A stretch of DNA of 64,000 nucleotides, from assembly GCF_006345805.1 (NCBI RefSeq), contig NC_043007.1, positions 31,992,001-32,056,000 on the forward strand. The letters run 5' to 3'. This document shows positions 12,990-25,672 of this stretch, in pieces. Both the position numbers and the translations under genes were made by a program. Each line of letters begins with the position of its first letter. Position 1 is the first letter of the stretch. Under the pieces are notes generated by a model. It made no database searches. It had not been told where the DNA came from and worked only from the letters and a program-made list of their open reading frames with translations. Origin of the DNA: Octopus sinensis. Its lineage: Eukaryota.

Positions 12990-13659
12990 TCTTATTGTTT
13001 TGTTTCACTCATTTGACTGCAGCCATGCTGGAGCACAGACTTAAAGGGTTTTTTAGTCGAGGAAATCACCCCCAGGACTTATTCTTTGTAAGCCTGGTAC
13101 TCATTTTATTGGTCTCTTTTGCCAAACCATTAAGTTACGGGGACGTAAACACACTAACGTCAGTTGCCAAGTAATGGTAGGGGGACAAACAGACACAAAG
13201 ACACACACAAATATATACATATATATTGGGCTGGTGCATAATAATTATTGCGGTTTTTTTTCAACAAAAACGTCTTTAAATGATTGTTCCGGAGCATATT
13301 CACCATCTACTTCAATTACTGCTTCCCATTTGCTTGGGAGACGGTCAGACCATCATTTAAAGATGTTTTTGTTAAATATTGTTATTGTTTTTGTTGAATA
13401 AAATGTTGAAAAAAAGCTCCAATAATTATGCACCAACCTAATATATATATACTTTTCTACTATAGGCACAAGGACTGAAATTATTGGAGGGGAAGGGTAG
13501 TCAATTAGATCGACCCCAGTACACAACTGGTACTTAATTTATCGATTCCAAAAGGATGAAAAGCAAAGTCAACCTCAGCAGAATTTGAACTCAGAACAGA
13601 AGGACAGACAAAATACTGCCAAGCATTTCGCCTGGCATGCTGGCATTTCTGTCAGCTCG

Positions 13660-13709
<50 letters not shown>

Positions 13710-13795
13710 TGCTTCTTTCAATTTCTGTCTACCAAATCTACTATAGCCTTGATCAACCCAAGGCTATAGTAGAAGACACTTGCTCAAGGTGCTGG
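12990..13795 (-). mobile_element. Family-A SINE hosting a nested mariner MITE and a family-B SINE (13452-13662)
   Basis: The SINE 3' half at 12990-13220 resumes at ~13705 after two insertions in its (TA)n tract. Confidence 0.8.
13226..13441 (-). mobile_element. Internally deleted mariner (MITE-like), nested in a SINE microsatellite
   Basis: TA-flanked TIRs ttgggctggtgcataataatt / aataattatgcaccaacctaa. The interior minus strand encodes a mariner C-terminal remnant RLPSKWEAVIEVDGEY. Confidence 0.85.
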
Positions 13796-14678
13796 TCCTT
13801 ATGAGTCAGTGAAGGGTCATGGCTTAGTGGTTATGGTGTTGCATTTATGATCACAAAAGTGTGGGTTTCGATTCTCAGATCAGGCGATACGTTGTGTTCT
13901 TAAGTAAAACACTTCATTTCTTGTTGCTCCAACCCAATCCAATCTGCTATAAATGAATAATCCTGCGATGGATTGGTGGCCCATTCAGGAAGAGTTTTGT
14001 GATCTTAGTCATTTATATACCATGGAGACTGAGTAACCAGCTCCATGAGGCCTAGGACCTACATCAGTGCTTTAATTTACTTACGATTACACTCAAATGT
14101 CGTTTGTCTTATCTTTATTCTTTCACATATCCACATAAATTCTATTTTTGTTGATATATATTTTATTCATTATATCAAAGACTAGATTTCATACTATTCA
14201 AGATGTTAACCATCAAACATCTACTGGCACTATGTGGTTCAAATCCTGTTGGACTGACTTAGATTTTAACCCTTTCAGAAATAATTAAAAAATTAAAAAA
14301 TTAATTTGGTAATGAAAATCTAGATTATATTTGTCATGGTGAATTTTAGGTTATTCTTACATTTTTAATTAAGTTAAGAGATTGTAATTAAAACTGACTA
14401 GAGTTATTAAAAAATAATTACAGTAACTGTGACAAAATACCACAATGAAGAAATTAATTCAACAGAACAAATGTTTTTGCATATCATACATATAAACCAG
14501 GCCTCCTACACTGTAACAATATATTTCTAATGAAAACTTTCTACGTTAATTATAATCAAAATTATAAATAAGATTGTTATAAAAACATGCAAATATATTA
14601 TCATATGCTTAACAAATCAGGTCCCCAAAAAGTAGGGAAATGTAATTCTTCATTATTGGTATACATGCACTTGATTAA

Positions 14679-14908
14679 CCCTTTTGATACCAACCCGGCC
14701 GAAACCGCCTCTGGCTCTGTAGTACAAATGTCTTGTTTGTATTGAATTAAAAGTATTGAATTAAAATCTTCCACCAAACCTTAGTCACAATTTATGTTCC
14801 CAACACTAGCTTAATGATAGCTAAGTTCTTTTGTTAAATTCTTTGTTATATTTAAATTTGATTGAATGAAACACAGAACATCTCAAAATAAATACGGTAA
14901 CGAAAGGG
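14679..14908. mobile_element. piggyBac-like MITE family 1, copy 1
   Basis: TTAA TSDs, termini cccttttgatacc / ggtaacgaaaggg; near-identical copy at 24632-24854. Confidence 0.85.
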
Positions 14909-15231
14909 TTAAACAAGATTATAATAAAGGGAGCTGACTATGGAATATAAATGGCAGGGAGAAAGAAAAATCCCTGCAATGCTCCTAGCTGAAACAATAG
15001 AAATGATCCCCCTATAATTTGATTCATATGAAGAGAAAGTACCAATCTTGAAGTTCAAAAGCAGAACTGTTTCTGTTGCAGAAGCAATACGGTAATAATA
15101 TCGGTTAAATGCAGGCTGCCATACTGAATATGATGAGCTGAAAATAATATTTAATCACCTGAAATAATAACCATAATGAGAGGTAAATTTGTTGTTAATC
15201 AAAATTCTTCTCCCAAGGGGCAAGAAAAACA

Positions 15232-15449
15232 TTAACCCTCCTGCAGCTAAACCTGCCATATCCTGCCCAAATAATCTTCTTCGTTTGTATTCAAGTCAGC
15301 CATATACAGCCTACAATGTCATTGCAAAAGCGAATAACCATGTCGTTGAAATATTGAGAAAATATTTGAGAAAATGCAAGATTAATTCAAGACAATGTGA
15401 ATAAGTAGACATTACATTTAAAAGAGTAATCTGAATGCTAAACGGTTGA
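15232..15449. mobile_element. piggyBac-like MITE family 2 (diverged)
   Basis: ttaaccct...gagtaatctgaatgctaaacggtt, with internal homology to 1186-1406. Confidence 0.65.
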
Positions 15450-16054
15450 TATCACTTTTGAGCAATGATTGTATTAAAAATAAACACCAAGAGAAGTGCT
15501 ATATTTTAAAAGTGTTCTAGGGGTACTTAACTTTATGGGAGTTAATGTAGCAAAGATCCAAAGAGGTAACAATGAAACTATTATTTTAAGTGGTTTATAA
15601 GGTACTTGAGGCCCTTTGACCTGTAGTCATTGAGTTCAATAGGGCATTTTTGATGAAGAATTCCTAAGGCTAAAACAGTTAATAATGTCCTTGGGAATTT
15701 TTATACACAGATGACACTATACGTAATCTGAAGAGACTTTTCTCAATGCCTTATAAAAGTAACGATTATAATTAGCAACTAATTGTACAATCAAGAAATT
15801 ATAGAAGAAATTGCTTTTGCTTAATATGTTTATAAACACAAAGACAACCATAAGTTGGGAAAGAGTTCAGTTGAAACCATTAGCTCCATAATTACACACT
15901 AATAGTAAATGGATTTATTGTTAGACACCTAATGACCAGAGAGAAATTAACTTGACGAACAAAATGTGGAAGGTCTTCCAGGTTAATTATTTACAATTAG
16001 AAAATCCTGCCCATCTACTCCTGACACAATTTCCTTTTAATTTTCTATTGTAAG

Positions 16055-16172
16055 CACAAGCATGGTTAAGAAGCCTGCTTAGAAACCATGTGGTTTGGAG
16101 TTCAGTCCCACTGTGCAGCAGCTTGAGCAGGTGTGTTCTGTTAAAGCCCCAGGTTAACCAATGCATTGAGTG

Positions 16173-16216
<44 letters not shown>

Positions 16217-16410
16217 CCTTTGTTCCCCACTGCCCTGCTTGACAACCTTTGTTGGTTTGTTTACAACCCCATAACTTAGTGATTTGGGCAGAGAAACTGA
16301 TAGAATAGGTACCAGACATAAAAGAAAAAATTAAGTGCTGTTGTCAATTTGAGGTTGTGCCCCAGCATGGTTGCAGTCCAACCAATGACTGAAACAATTA
16401 AAAGATTAAA
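16055..16410 (+). mobile_element. Family-A SINE with (GA)n
   Basis: Head gttcagtcccactgtg and tail ccagcatgg...gactgaaacaa. Confidence 0.75.
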
Positions 16411-17180
16411 CTAAAAATATTTGTCAACTTCATTAATTAACTACAATGCTCTAGCAATTAGTTACAACTTTGGATCAAAGAAAACCCATTTTGTGCTGGT
16501 TGTTTTTATCCTCAACGTTGACTTGTGGTTCAGTTATTTCATGTTTAAGAATACATTACAAATAGCTGTAAATGTCGCCATAGAATAAACTGTTCAAGCA
16601 AAACTGGGTTTTCTACAAACAAGATAAGAAATTATTTTGATAGTCTGTTCTAGTTACACACTTGCTGGAAACATAATACGGGACTTCTTCTAAATGTAAT
16701 TCAAATGTTTGAGATTAATGTAATTCACCTTATCGCTGGCGATTACAGATAAAGCCATTCTTAGCTTTATTTGCAGTGGAAAATGTGTTTCGCTATAGTT
16801 TAATCTATTTGAGGAATAAACATGAGGAAGTGGATATGAATAAAGATGAAAAGTCTGTTGTAGGTTGTGGTTATACATAGAAAATTAATGAAGCATGGTA
16901 ATGACTAATTTCTTGCTGTGTCAAAGAGGGCAGGGGTAGATAGGTTTCATGATTGGTGTTTTTAGTAGATACTAAAACCTACCGCAAGACATTGTCGCTG
17001 GATACAAGTAAATACTTGCATACAGTATTAACAAACTGGAACAAACCAACTTGAGCAACACGACATCAGAATATCAGTTTACCAAATGAAGTTACAATTG
17101 ATCAAATGGCGGAGAAGGACAGAGTTTCCACTGACAAATATGCTGTACAGAAACAAATACAAAATAAAAAAAAAAACAGT

Positions 17181-17802
17181 TTAACCCTTTAGTAAACCAA
17201 CCATATCCAGCCCAAATATTCCACCTGTTTTATGTTGAAACTCACTAGGTCTGGCCTATCACACCTATCCTAAAATGTCATTCTATAAATAAACAAAACA
17301 AAAAGCACCTGTCGAGCATTTGGCCTCTCGGAGGCAATGTGACTGATGCCAGTGTCGCGTAACTGGCACCTGTGCCGGTGGTGCGTACAAAGCACCTTTC
17401 CAGTGTTGGGCCTCACGGAGGCAATGACAAGTGACTGAGACCTTTGGCATTAGGCCATGCTTGAGAAGAAGACCCATCAGGCCAAGTGAAATTGTAGTCA
17501 TGGCAGATACTGGTGTAATGTATCCATTACACTCTTGGAATGGTTGGCATTGGGAAGGACATCCAGCTGTAAAAGCCATGCCAAATCAGACCGGAGTCTT
17601 GTGCAGCTCCTCAGCTTGCCAGCCCTGATCAAACCATGCAGCCCATGCCAGCATGGACAACCGATGTCAAACAATGATGAGGATGATGAACAATCACATC
17701 ATCAAAATCTAATCTACAACATAATGCATGAATAATTATTCAAAACAATGTGAATAAATCAGTATTACATTTGACAGAGCAAACTGGATGCTAAACGGCT
17801 AA
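17181..17802. mobile_element. piggyBac-like MITE family 2 interrupted by an RTE-tail retroposon (~17300-17690)
   Basis: The 5' half ttaaccctttag...aatgtcattcta and the 3' half caatcacatcatc...gatgctaaacggctaa flank a (GAT)n-tailed element. Confidence 0.7.
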
Positions 17803-18342
17803 GCAATCACGACAAAACTAAATTAGTACAAAAGTAAAAACTCGACTGAAAGCAAACAAATAAGGCTTTCATTTTGGAATTTGACAAGTTCCTCCTAATG
17901 CCTAAACATAATAATGGCTGTTACACCAGTTTTAAACTAACTCATTATTTGTTTTCACTTACAAATCTGATCCTTAATAATACTAATGTCTTCTGTGAAT
18001 TGGAATTTGTTTTCCTTGGGGTTGTGTCAACTGTAACCTTGTCATCAGGTAGGCTAAGCATTTAGCACCTGCTGGGTTGCTTTGGGTAACCCTTTTTTGA
18101 GAAGCAGGCTGCATGAGACATGGCTCACTATCAGACAGGCTACACTACTAAAAACAATTTTTCATTAGACATGCCATGCAGAAAGCCCTTTAGGCTAGAG
18201 GTTGTTGCTCATCTTACTAACAATCAGGATGACTCAAAAGGCAAAAAGTTCTCTCTAAGACACAGGGAAACAAATCATCTCCTTAGATTGATTATGAATC
18301 AACTTTCCAATTCATATTCTGGTCATGTCACTTTGCACTGTA

Positions 18343-19620
18343 TTAGGTTGTTCCTAAAGTAATGGCCGTGTTTTGAAATGCAATTTTATCATAGTATTTT
18401 GATTATATTTTAGGTGAATTTCGACATACTTAATAACTGATGTATACTCTTTAATGATTTTCTACTTATTTCAGACAGAAAACATTCTTGAAGCACAGGC
18501 GCCCTTAATTATGAATACGACAAAAAAGGGCCTTTGCTAACTTTTCTTGCAGGAGTTCAAGCTAACACACAATGCCTCCCAAACTACTGCCAATATCAAC
18601 AGAGCACGAAGAGAGGGGTCCACAAGTGATCACACAGTACAAAGGCTCTCATCACTACTTCGCACAGTACGAAGTGGTGATGAGAGACTTGAAGATGAAG
18701 AAGGTTAAGGACAGTCATGCAATCTTGACAATGAACAATTGAAAGCAAATGTTGAACAAAACCCAGGTCAAAATGCCAGAGAAATGTCTCAGGCACTTGG
18801 TGTCGGTATTGCAACAGTCTCATGCAATCTGCAGAAGATTGGTAAGATGAAAAAGCCCAATAAATGGGTATTGCATGAGCTCAATAAAAGTCAAAAAGTT
18901 TGGTGTTTTGAAGTGTGGTCAATGCTCTTTCTGCAAAACACCAATGATCCTTTTCTTGACTGAATAGTCACTTGTGACAAAAAGTGGATCTTATATGATA
19001 ACCATAAATGATCAGGTCAACGGTTTAATCGTGATGAGCCCCTCAAACATTTCCCAAAGCCAAAGTTGCATCAGCAAAAGATTATGGTAACTATCTGGTG
19101 GTCTGCAATTGGTGTTGTCCATTACAGCTTTCTGGAATCCAATCAGAGCATTACAGCAGAGGTTTACTGCAGTCAAATCGCTGAAATGCACGTTCACTTG
19201 CAAAATATGAGACCTGCATTGGTGAATCGGTGTGGCCCAATTCTGCTCCATGATAATGCAAAGCCACATGTTGCAAGAATGATGCCGCAGAAACTCACAG
19301 ACTTGTGATATGAGACTTTACCATATCTTCCATATTCTCCTGATTTTTCACCCACTGACTACCATTTTTTTAAAGCATTTAAACAAATTTTTAATTGATA
19401 AAACTTTCAGGTCCAAACCAGAGATGGAATCAGCTTTCAAAGATTTCTTACCATCAAAGCCAATAAGTTTTTATCAATGAGGCATAATCTCATTGATTGA
19501 TGGTAGAGATGCATAGATGTTCACGGCTCATACTGCAACTAATCAAAACATTTCTACTGTTAATTTTTCCAGAATAAAAGTACGTTTCTGAAATCGGTCA
19601 TTATCTTTGGAACAACCAAA
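18343..19620 (+). mobile_element. Full-length (~1.28 kb) decayed mariner transposon
   Basis: TA-flanked imperfect TIRs ttaggttgttcctaaagtaatggccg / cggtcattatctttggaacaaccaaa. Transposase motifs WVLHEL, VTCDKKW, HQQKIMVTIWW, LLHDNAKPH and PYSPDFSPTDY are broken by stops and frameshifts. Confidence 0.92.
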
Positions 19621-22249
19621 TAGATATAGTTTAGCAAGTTCTAAAGAATAGAGTACATAATACTCATTAGTTTGAATCAAGAATTAATCACAAAACATTT
19701 TCTGAAACATCATTACTTAATGTCCATTTTCTATACTGTTGGATGGTTTGACAAGATTCACTGAACTGCAAAACTGCAAAGAGCTTCAATGTCAGTTTTG
19801 GAATGATTTCTACAGCTGGACATTCTTAACACAAACCACTTTACAGCATGTACTGAGTGCTTCTTCTATGCCACCACCACTAGAGAGGTTGCCAAGCAAA
19901 TTGCAAGAGAGAAAAGAACAAGAAAAAAAAAAGAAAAAAAAAGAGAGAAAAATAATAAAATAGAAAAAGGTCAAAATAATACAAAACAAACTCTGTGACT
20001 TAATGACACCTCTCACCTAAAGTAATAGGAATGTAAGTTTAAAAAATACAAACAGGAAAAAAAATATGGGAAACTTTAGGAATTTGATAACACAAGAGAA
20101 GGGATATTAATTAAAACTTATAGGATATGCTTTTAATATTACATTGCTCCATTAACAAAATATATTGTCTATTCATAAAACCCAGCTTGAGTAACAAGAT
20201 TTCAAAGAAGAAATATGACTAAACTTTGTAGTAGCTAATTGTATGAAATTCTCAAAAAATGCTTTAGCTTCAATTACTCTATATATAGATTATGAAAGAC
20301 TGCATTGAAAGAGATTTCAATAAAACTTTGAAGGCAAGTAAAAAAAGAATGAATGAATAAAGACCAGGCCAAAGAGAGCAAAACTGATAGTCACCACGGT
20401 GAATAAAGAAAGGACAGTCAGCCCTGTTCCTTAACCTAGATTTACAAAAAAAAAAAAAAGAATCTTATGCGCAAATATGTTTTTTAAACATACGATAAAA
20501 AGAAATGAGCTGGTATTTTAAATATTTCATATGGAATTAAGAATGCTTCAATGATTAGAGAAAACCCATGTGAAGATATGCACATGACTACCTAAGAATA
20601 AAGATAGGATGTTAAAGGGGGAAAACATAGTACTTATTGAACCTACGCATGGTGAATGCTCAAGCAAACAAACCAACAGAGTTCCAGTTGTTTATTGATT
20701 TTTGGTTCCATAACATCCTTGTAAATTTATGCCCACATTATCTCAGACATCCCGTGTCTCATTCTTATCCTGACATCAGTAATTTGAAGAATAAATAAAA
20801 TAGATAAATAAAACAAGAATAAATAAAATAAACAGTACATGTTGTAGTGAAACAGTGGAATCTGAAGTAATTAGTGGTGTTTCATATTGGAAAATTGTAG
20901 ATGAATATCCCAGGACAACTGCAGAAAAAGAAAAGCTTTATAATTTCCTGTTTCTGATGTTAACATTGGCACTACATTTCGTAATTAAAAACAAAAAAAC
21001 TATTGTTAATCAATTCATTAAGCTAGAAGTATTTAAAGAAAAATACATTTCTATGTAGCAAATCATCATCACCATCATCATCATCATTTAGCATCTGTTT
21101 TCCATACTGGAATGGGTTGAAATGGTTTGACTGCAACCAGTAAGCTGGAGAGCTGCACCAGGTTCCAATCTGATTTGGTCTGGTTTCTACGATCGGATGC
21201 CCTTCCTAATGCCAACCACTCCAAGAGTGCAGTGGGTGCTTTTTACATGTCACCAGCACACACACACCCACACACACACACGATGGTATGCTTCTTCCAC
21301 CTTAAACTTTCCCTGAGCATCAACAGACAATCTATAAAATGCTATGAAATAAAAACAAAAGAAATCAACCCTTTGTCTTGTCTTATGTATCACATGTGAT
21401 ACCCAAGATGTATTTCCCTGACATTCGTACATCATATTCCCAATTTTTTTCTATCATCGGAGTAACTTGGGATTTATGAAAGGAAACTTAGACCATATGA
21501 AACAAGAGTTAACTAAAAACCTGAAAACAACCATGGATATAAGGACAAACTCATTAGACAAGCAAAGGTTTAAAGTTAGACTGGATTTCAAGCTAGAACG
21601 CAAGTTTCTGTCCACTTATTATTCTTCTCTTTCTCTTCACACATTCACATTTAATGCATAAAAATGCATTTTTTTTTTGTTTGTAACTTTCTGCCAAGAT
21701 AAAATGCTGGCAGTTTTTATTTTGTAAACATTTTGTTTTTAATATTAGTTTTAAAACTTAAGCAATTTATTAAATTGGAGAAGGTTGTCAAAAATTTGTA
21801 TTTGGCAGGGGGAAGAAAATAAACTTTTTCAATTTTCTTTGACTATAGCCATATATTAAAAAAAGAGAGAAGACTGCCAAAAATGATGTTTTTAAATTAA
21901 AGCAATTTATTAAAATGTATAAAAAAAACTGTGGGTCATTGACCTCAAGAAAAATCTGGAGCTGGTCAATTTATAAGTTGGAAGTATCTTTTTAATATGA
22001 TGCTTAGAGGTATTTCCTGCTTCTATACGTTCTGAGTTCGAGTTCTGCCGGTCTCAACTATGCCTTTCATCCTTTCGGGCTCGATAAAATAATAATAATA
22101 ATAATGAAATTATTGTATACAGTGCTCAGGTGCACCACAACAGTGATCATATATATCTTAAAATTTTTTATTTGTGACACTGCTCCAGTGTGACCGTAGC
22201 TGCATGGCTGAAACAAGTAAAAGAGTATTAGTCCAAAAATGTTTAGTGT

Positions 22250-23640
22250 TAGCTTTCTCTACTTCAATTCTCTTGATAAGTGTAAGCATTGTCATATAGG
22301 CTATCAAAATTATTGTTCTATTGAAAGATTGGCGCTAATTCCTTCACCCAAGAAATTTGGCTGTTTTGGTAAATCCAATTCACTTTGGCTGTGGCCTGTT
22401 CACAGCCCAATTTCAAAAGACAAGAAGCACCTTTGATGTCTATGCTTAACAATGCCAAGCCATGGTCTTCCAAAATATTCCAAAAAGCTCACATAGCACC
22501 GTTTCCTTTTCAGTGTATCCACAGATCCCACAGGTTCATCATATGCACTGCACATAATTCCCAAGTGCTTAATAAAGTAAATTCTGGATTGAAATGTTAA
22601 CCTGCTAACCTCAAATGCTGAATTTGAGCCAGACACATTGGCTAAAGGGAAAATAGCAACAACTCACTACAGTTACCATTGGAATGCACTTTATTCCACT
22701 GATTATTACAGCTGTTTCAAAATCTACTGTAAGTGAATCAGAACAAATATTTCTTTCTTTAAGGTAGTTAAAAAAGGTATCATAGGTGAATTCTGCATTG
22801 CAGAAAAATAGGGACAAACTTTTACTTTCAGAAACAACAACATGAAGAGTATAATACTTATTTCTTTATTGCCCACAAGGGGTTAAACATAGAGGGGACA
22901 AACAAGGACAGAGAAAGGGGTTAAGTTGATTACATCGACCCCAGTGCATAATTGGTAGTACTTGATTTATCAACCCCGAAAGGTTGAAAGGCAAAGTCGA
23001 CCTCGGTGGAATTTGAACTCAGAACGTAACGGCAGACGAAATACCGCTAAGCATTTCGCCAGGTGTGCTAACGTTTCTGCCAGCTCGCCGCCTTACAGTA
23101 TAATACTGCATTCTAAAAGGCGGCGAGCTGGCAGAATGGTTAGCACACTGGGCAAAATGCTTAACAGTATTTCGTCTGTCTTTACGTTCTGAGTTCAAAT
23201 TCCGCTGAGGTCGACTTTGCCTTTCATTCTTTCGGGGTCGATAAATTAAGTACCAGTTGCGTACTGGAGTCGATCTAATCGACTGCCCCCACCACCAAAT
23301 TTCGGATTTTGTGCCTAGAGTAGAAAAGAATACTGCATTCTAATGTGTGCAAGAAAATGCTTCATCACAAACACTTCGTTGCTAAAACTTTAACAATTAT
23401 AATTATTGAATAAGCATAAATATCCGAACTTTCTAACAAAACTTCGTCAATTCTTATGACTAGCACTAAATCATTTCTGTCAGTTTTGTTGCTTTTCATT
23501 CATCAAAATACTGTATGATAACGAGTCTTTGTGCAGGTATACAACTGTTAATTACAGGTGTTGCTTCAGCTGAATGCACTGAGAAATGCTTTATGTTTTA
23601 AATTGCTTCTGAAGTAGAGATACGATTTGGATTTGACAAA
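22250..23640 (-). pseudogene. Decayed Mutator-like (MULE) transposase interrupted by two SINEs
   Basis: Minus-strand remnants QYYTLHV (reconstituted across the SINE insertion), TYDTFFNYLK, TVDFETAVI..CYFPFSQCVW (MULE DFE...CxFH motif) and FLEYFGRPWLG. Boundaries are approximate and no TIRs were found. Confidence 0.7.
22859..23328. mobile_element. Head-to-head pair of family-B SINEs (B1 minus 22859-23093; B2 plus 23118-23328)
   Basis: TSDs agtataatact (22848/23097) and aatactgcattctaa (23102/23329). Confidence 0.9.
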
Positions 23641-24631
23641 CGTAAATAGTTAACTACCATTATCTTTTACTCATTTCAGTCAATGCTGGGGCAATCAATT
23701 CTAGTACTTATTTATATAGGTCACTTTTGCTGAACAACTGTTACAAGGATGTAAACAAACCAACACTAGTTGTCAAGTAGTGGAGTGGAGAAACAAACAC
23801 ACACACACACACACACACAGAGTATGTTCCACACAGTCTCCACCAACCAAATTCACTCATTGGTTGGTGTGGGGTTATAGAGGACACTTGCCCAAGGTGC
23901 CACACAGTGGGACTGACCCTGAAACGACATGATTGCAGTGCAAGCTTCTTACCTACTCATCCACGCCTATGAGAAATCTTTTAAATAACATCACAACAAT
24001 TCCACAATCCCCACTTTGCTGTCAGAACATTTTTCACATCTTCAATAAACACCATTTTTCCTCATTTTTTTTTCTCAACAACATCAACAACTTGTACTTT
24101 AAACAAAAGCCCCGTTGTCCTTGTTACTACTTACAAATTCCATTTAAACGAAGTGGGAAGGAACTGAATAACAATATTTAACAATGTTCTACATTCTAAA
24201 CTAAAGTAAACTTCACAATTCTGAAATAACAAAACAGTGGAATTGTGTTTTATGCAACGAGGAAGAAGAAGGGGTCTTATGTTTCAAACACTTGGTCTTT
24301 CTTTAGCTTTCATCTTTTTACTTGTTTCATTCATAATACTGTGGCCAAGCTGGGGCACCACCTTGTAGGTTTAGTATTCATTTTCTGAGCCTGGTGCTTA
24401 TTCTATTGCCCTCTTTTGCCAAACAGGGAATTAAACAACCTGTCCCTGGTTGTCAAGAGGTGATGGGGGATAAACACAAAGCACACGCAATGGGCTTCCA
24501 CACAGTTTCTGCCTACCAACTTCACACACACGGTATTGGTCAGCCCAGGATTATAATAGAAGAGTGTATGACACCTTGGATCGCACAATGAAAATCCTCT
24601 CACACATACAACTACTGCCAACACCCATTAA

Positions 24632-24854
24632 CCCTTTCGTTATCAACCCGGCCGAAACCGACTCTGGCTCTGTAGTACAAATGCCTTGTTTTCATAAGTT
24701 TTGAATTAAAATCTTCCACCAAACCTTAGTCACAGTTTATGTTCCTAACACTAGCTTCAATGATAACTAAGTTATTTTACTAAATTCTTTGTTATATTTA
24801 AAATTAATGGAAAGAAACACAGAGCATCTCAAAATAAATACGGTAACGGAAGGG
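24632..24854. mobile_element. piggyBac-like MITE family 1, copy 2
   Basis: TTAA|ccctttcgtta ... ggtaacggaaggg|TTAA; homologous to 14679-14908. Confidence 0.85.
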
Positions 24855-25635
24855 TTAAGCCAGTCAAAGTCATGAATTTCATTTGACAAAAAAAAAGTAG
24901 GAAATCATTTTAATGGTTCCGACACACCAGGCAGCAGAATTCTGACTTAGGAAAGATTGATTTTTTTTTTTATTATTATTTTCAATGTAGATAATGTTGC
25001 AAATAACTGGAGTAACACTGAAACATTTTTGAAATGCTCATAGCTGTAAAAATTAATAATAAAGTCAAAGTAGAGCACCATATTGTTTTGAAATCCTTGT
25101 AGTATAAATCAACTTCAATTTAACCACTTCAGACTGCAGAAATTGTCAAGATGAAAATGTTTCCAAACTGTGGCCATGCTGGAGCACCACTTGACAGATG
25201 CGAATAATTATTAGAAATCCAAACTGTTTTTGTCATCATCACCACTTGACATCCGCTTACATGGAATTTGTTGGGGAAAATTTTCTATGGATGGAAGCTC
25301 TTGTTGCCAACTCTCACCTGCTTCCAAGCAAGTGGATATTTCCCCAGCCAAACATATTTTCCATGGAAGACTGAGAATGATCAGCACTGCTCGTATGACA
25401 GTGATGCTCATTTACAACCATCACATAAAAGAAAGGTAGACACAAATACATTCACCCATTCACACACATGCACGATGGGCTTCTTTCAGTTTCTGTTTAG
25501 CAGATCCACGCACAAAGCATTGGCTGACCCGGGGCTATAGCAGAAGCCAACTGCACAAGGTGCTGCACAGTGCAACTGAGTCCAAGACCACACAACTGGG
25601 AAGCAAGTTTTTTAACCACACAACCACACCTGTGC

Positions 25636-25672
<37 letters not shown>

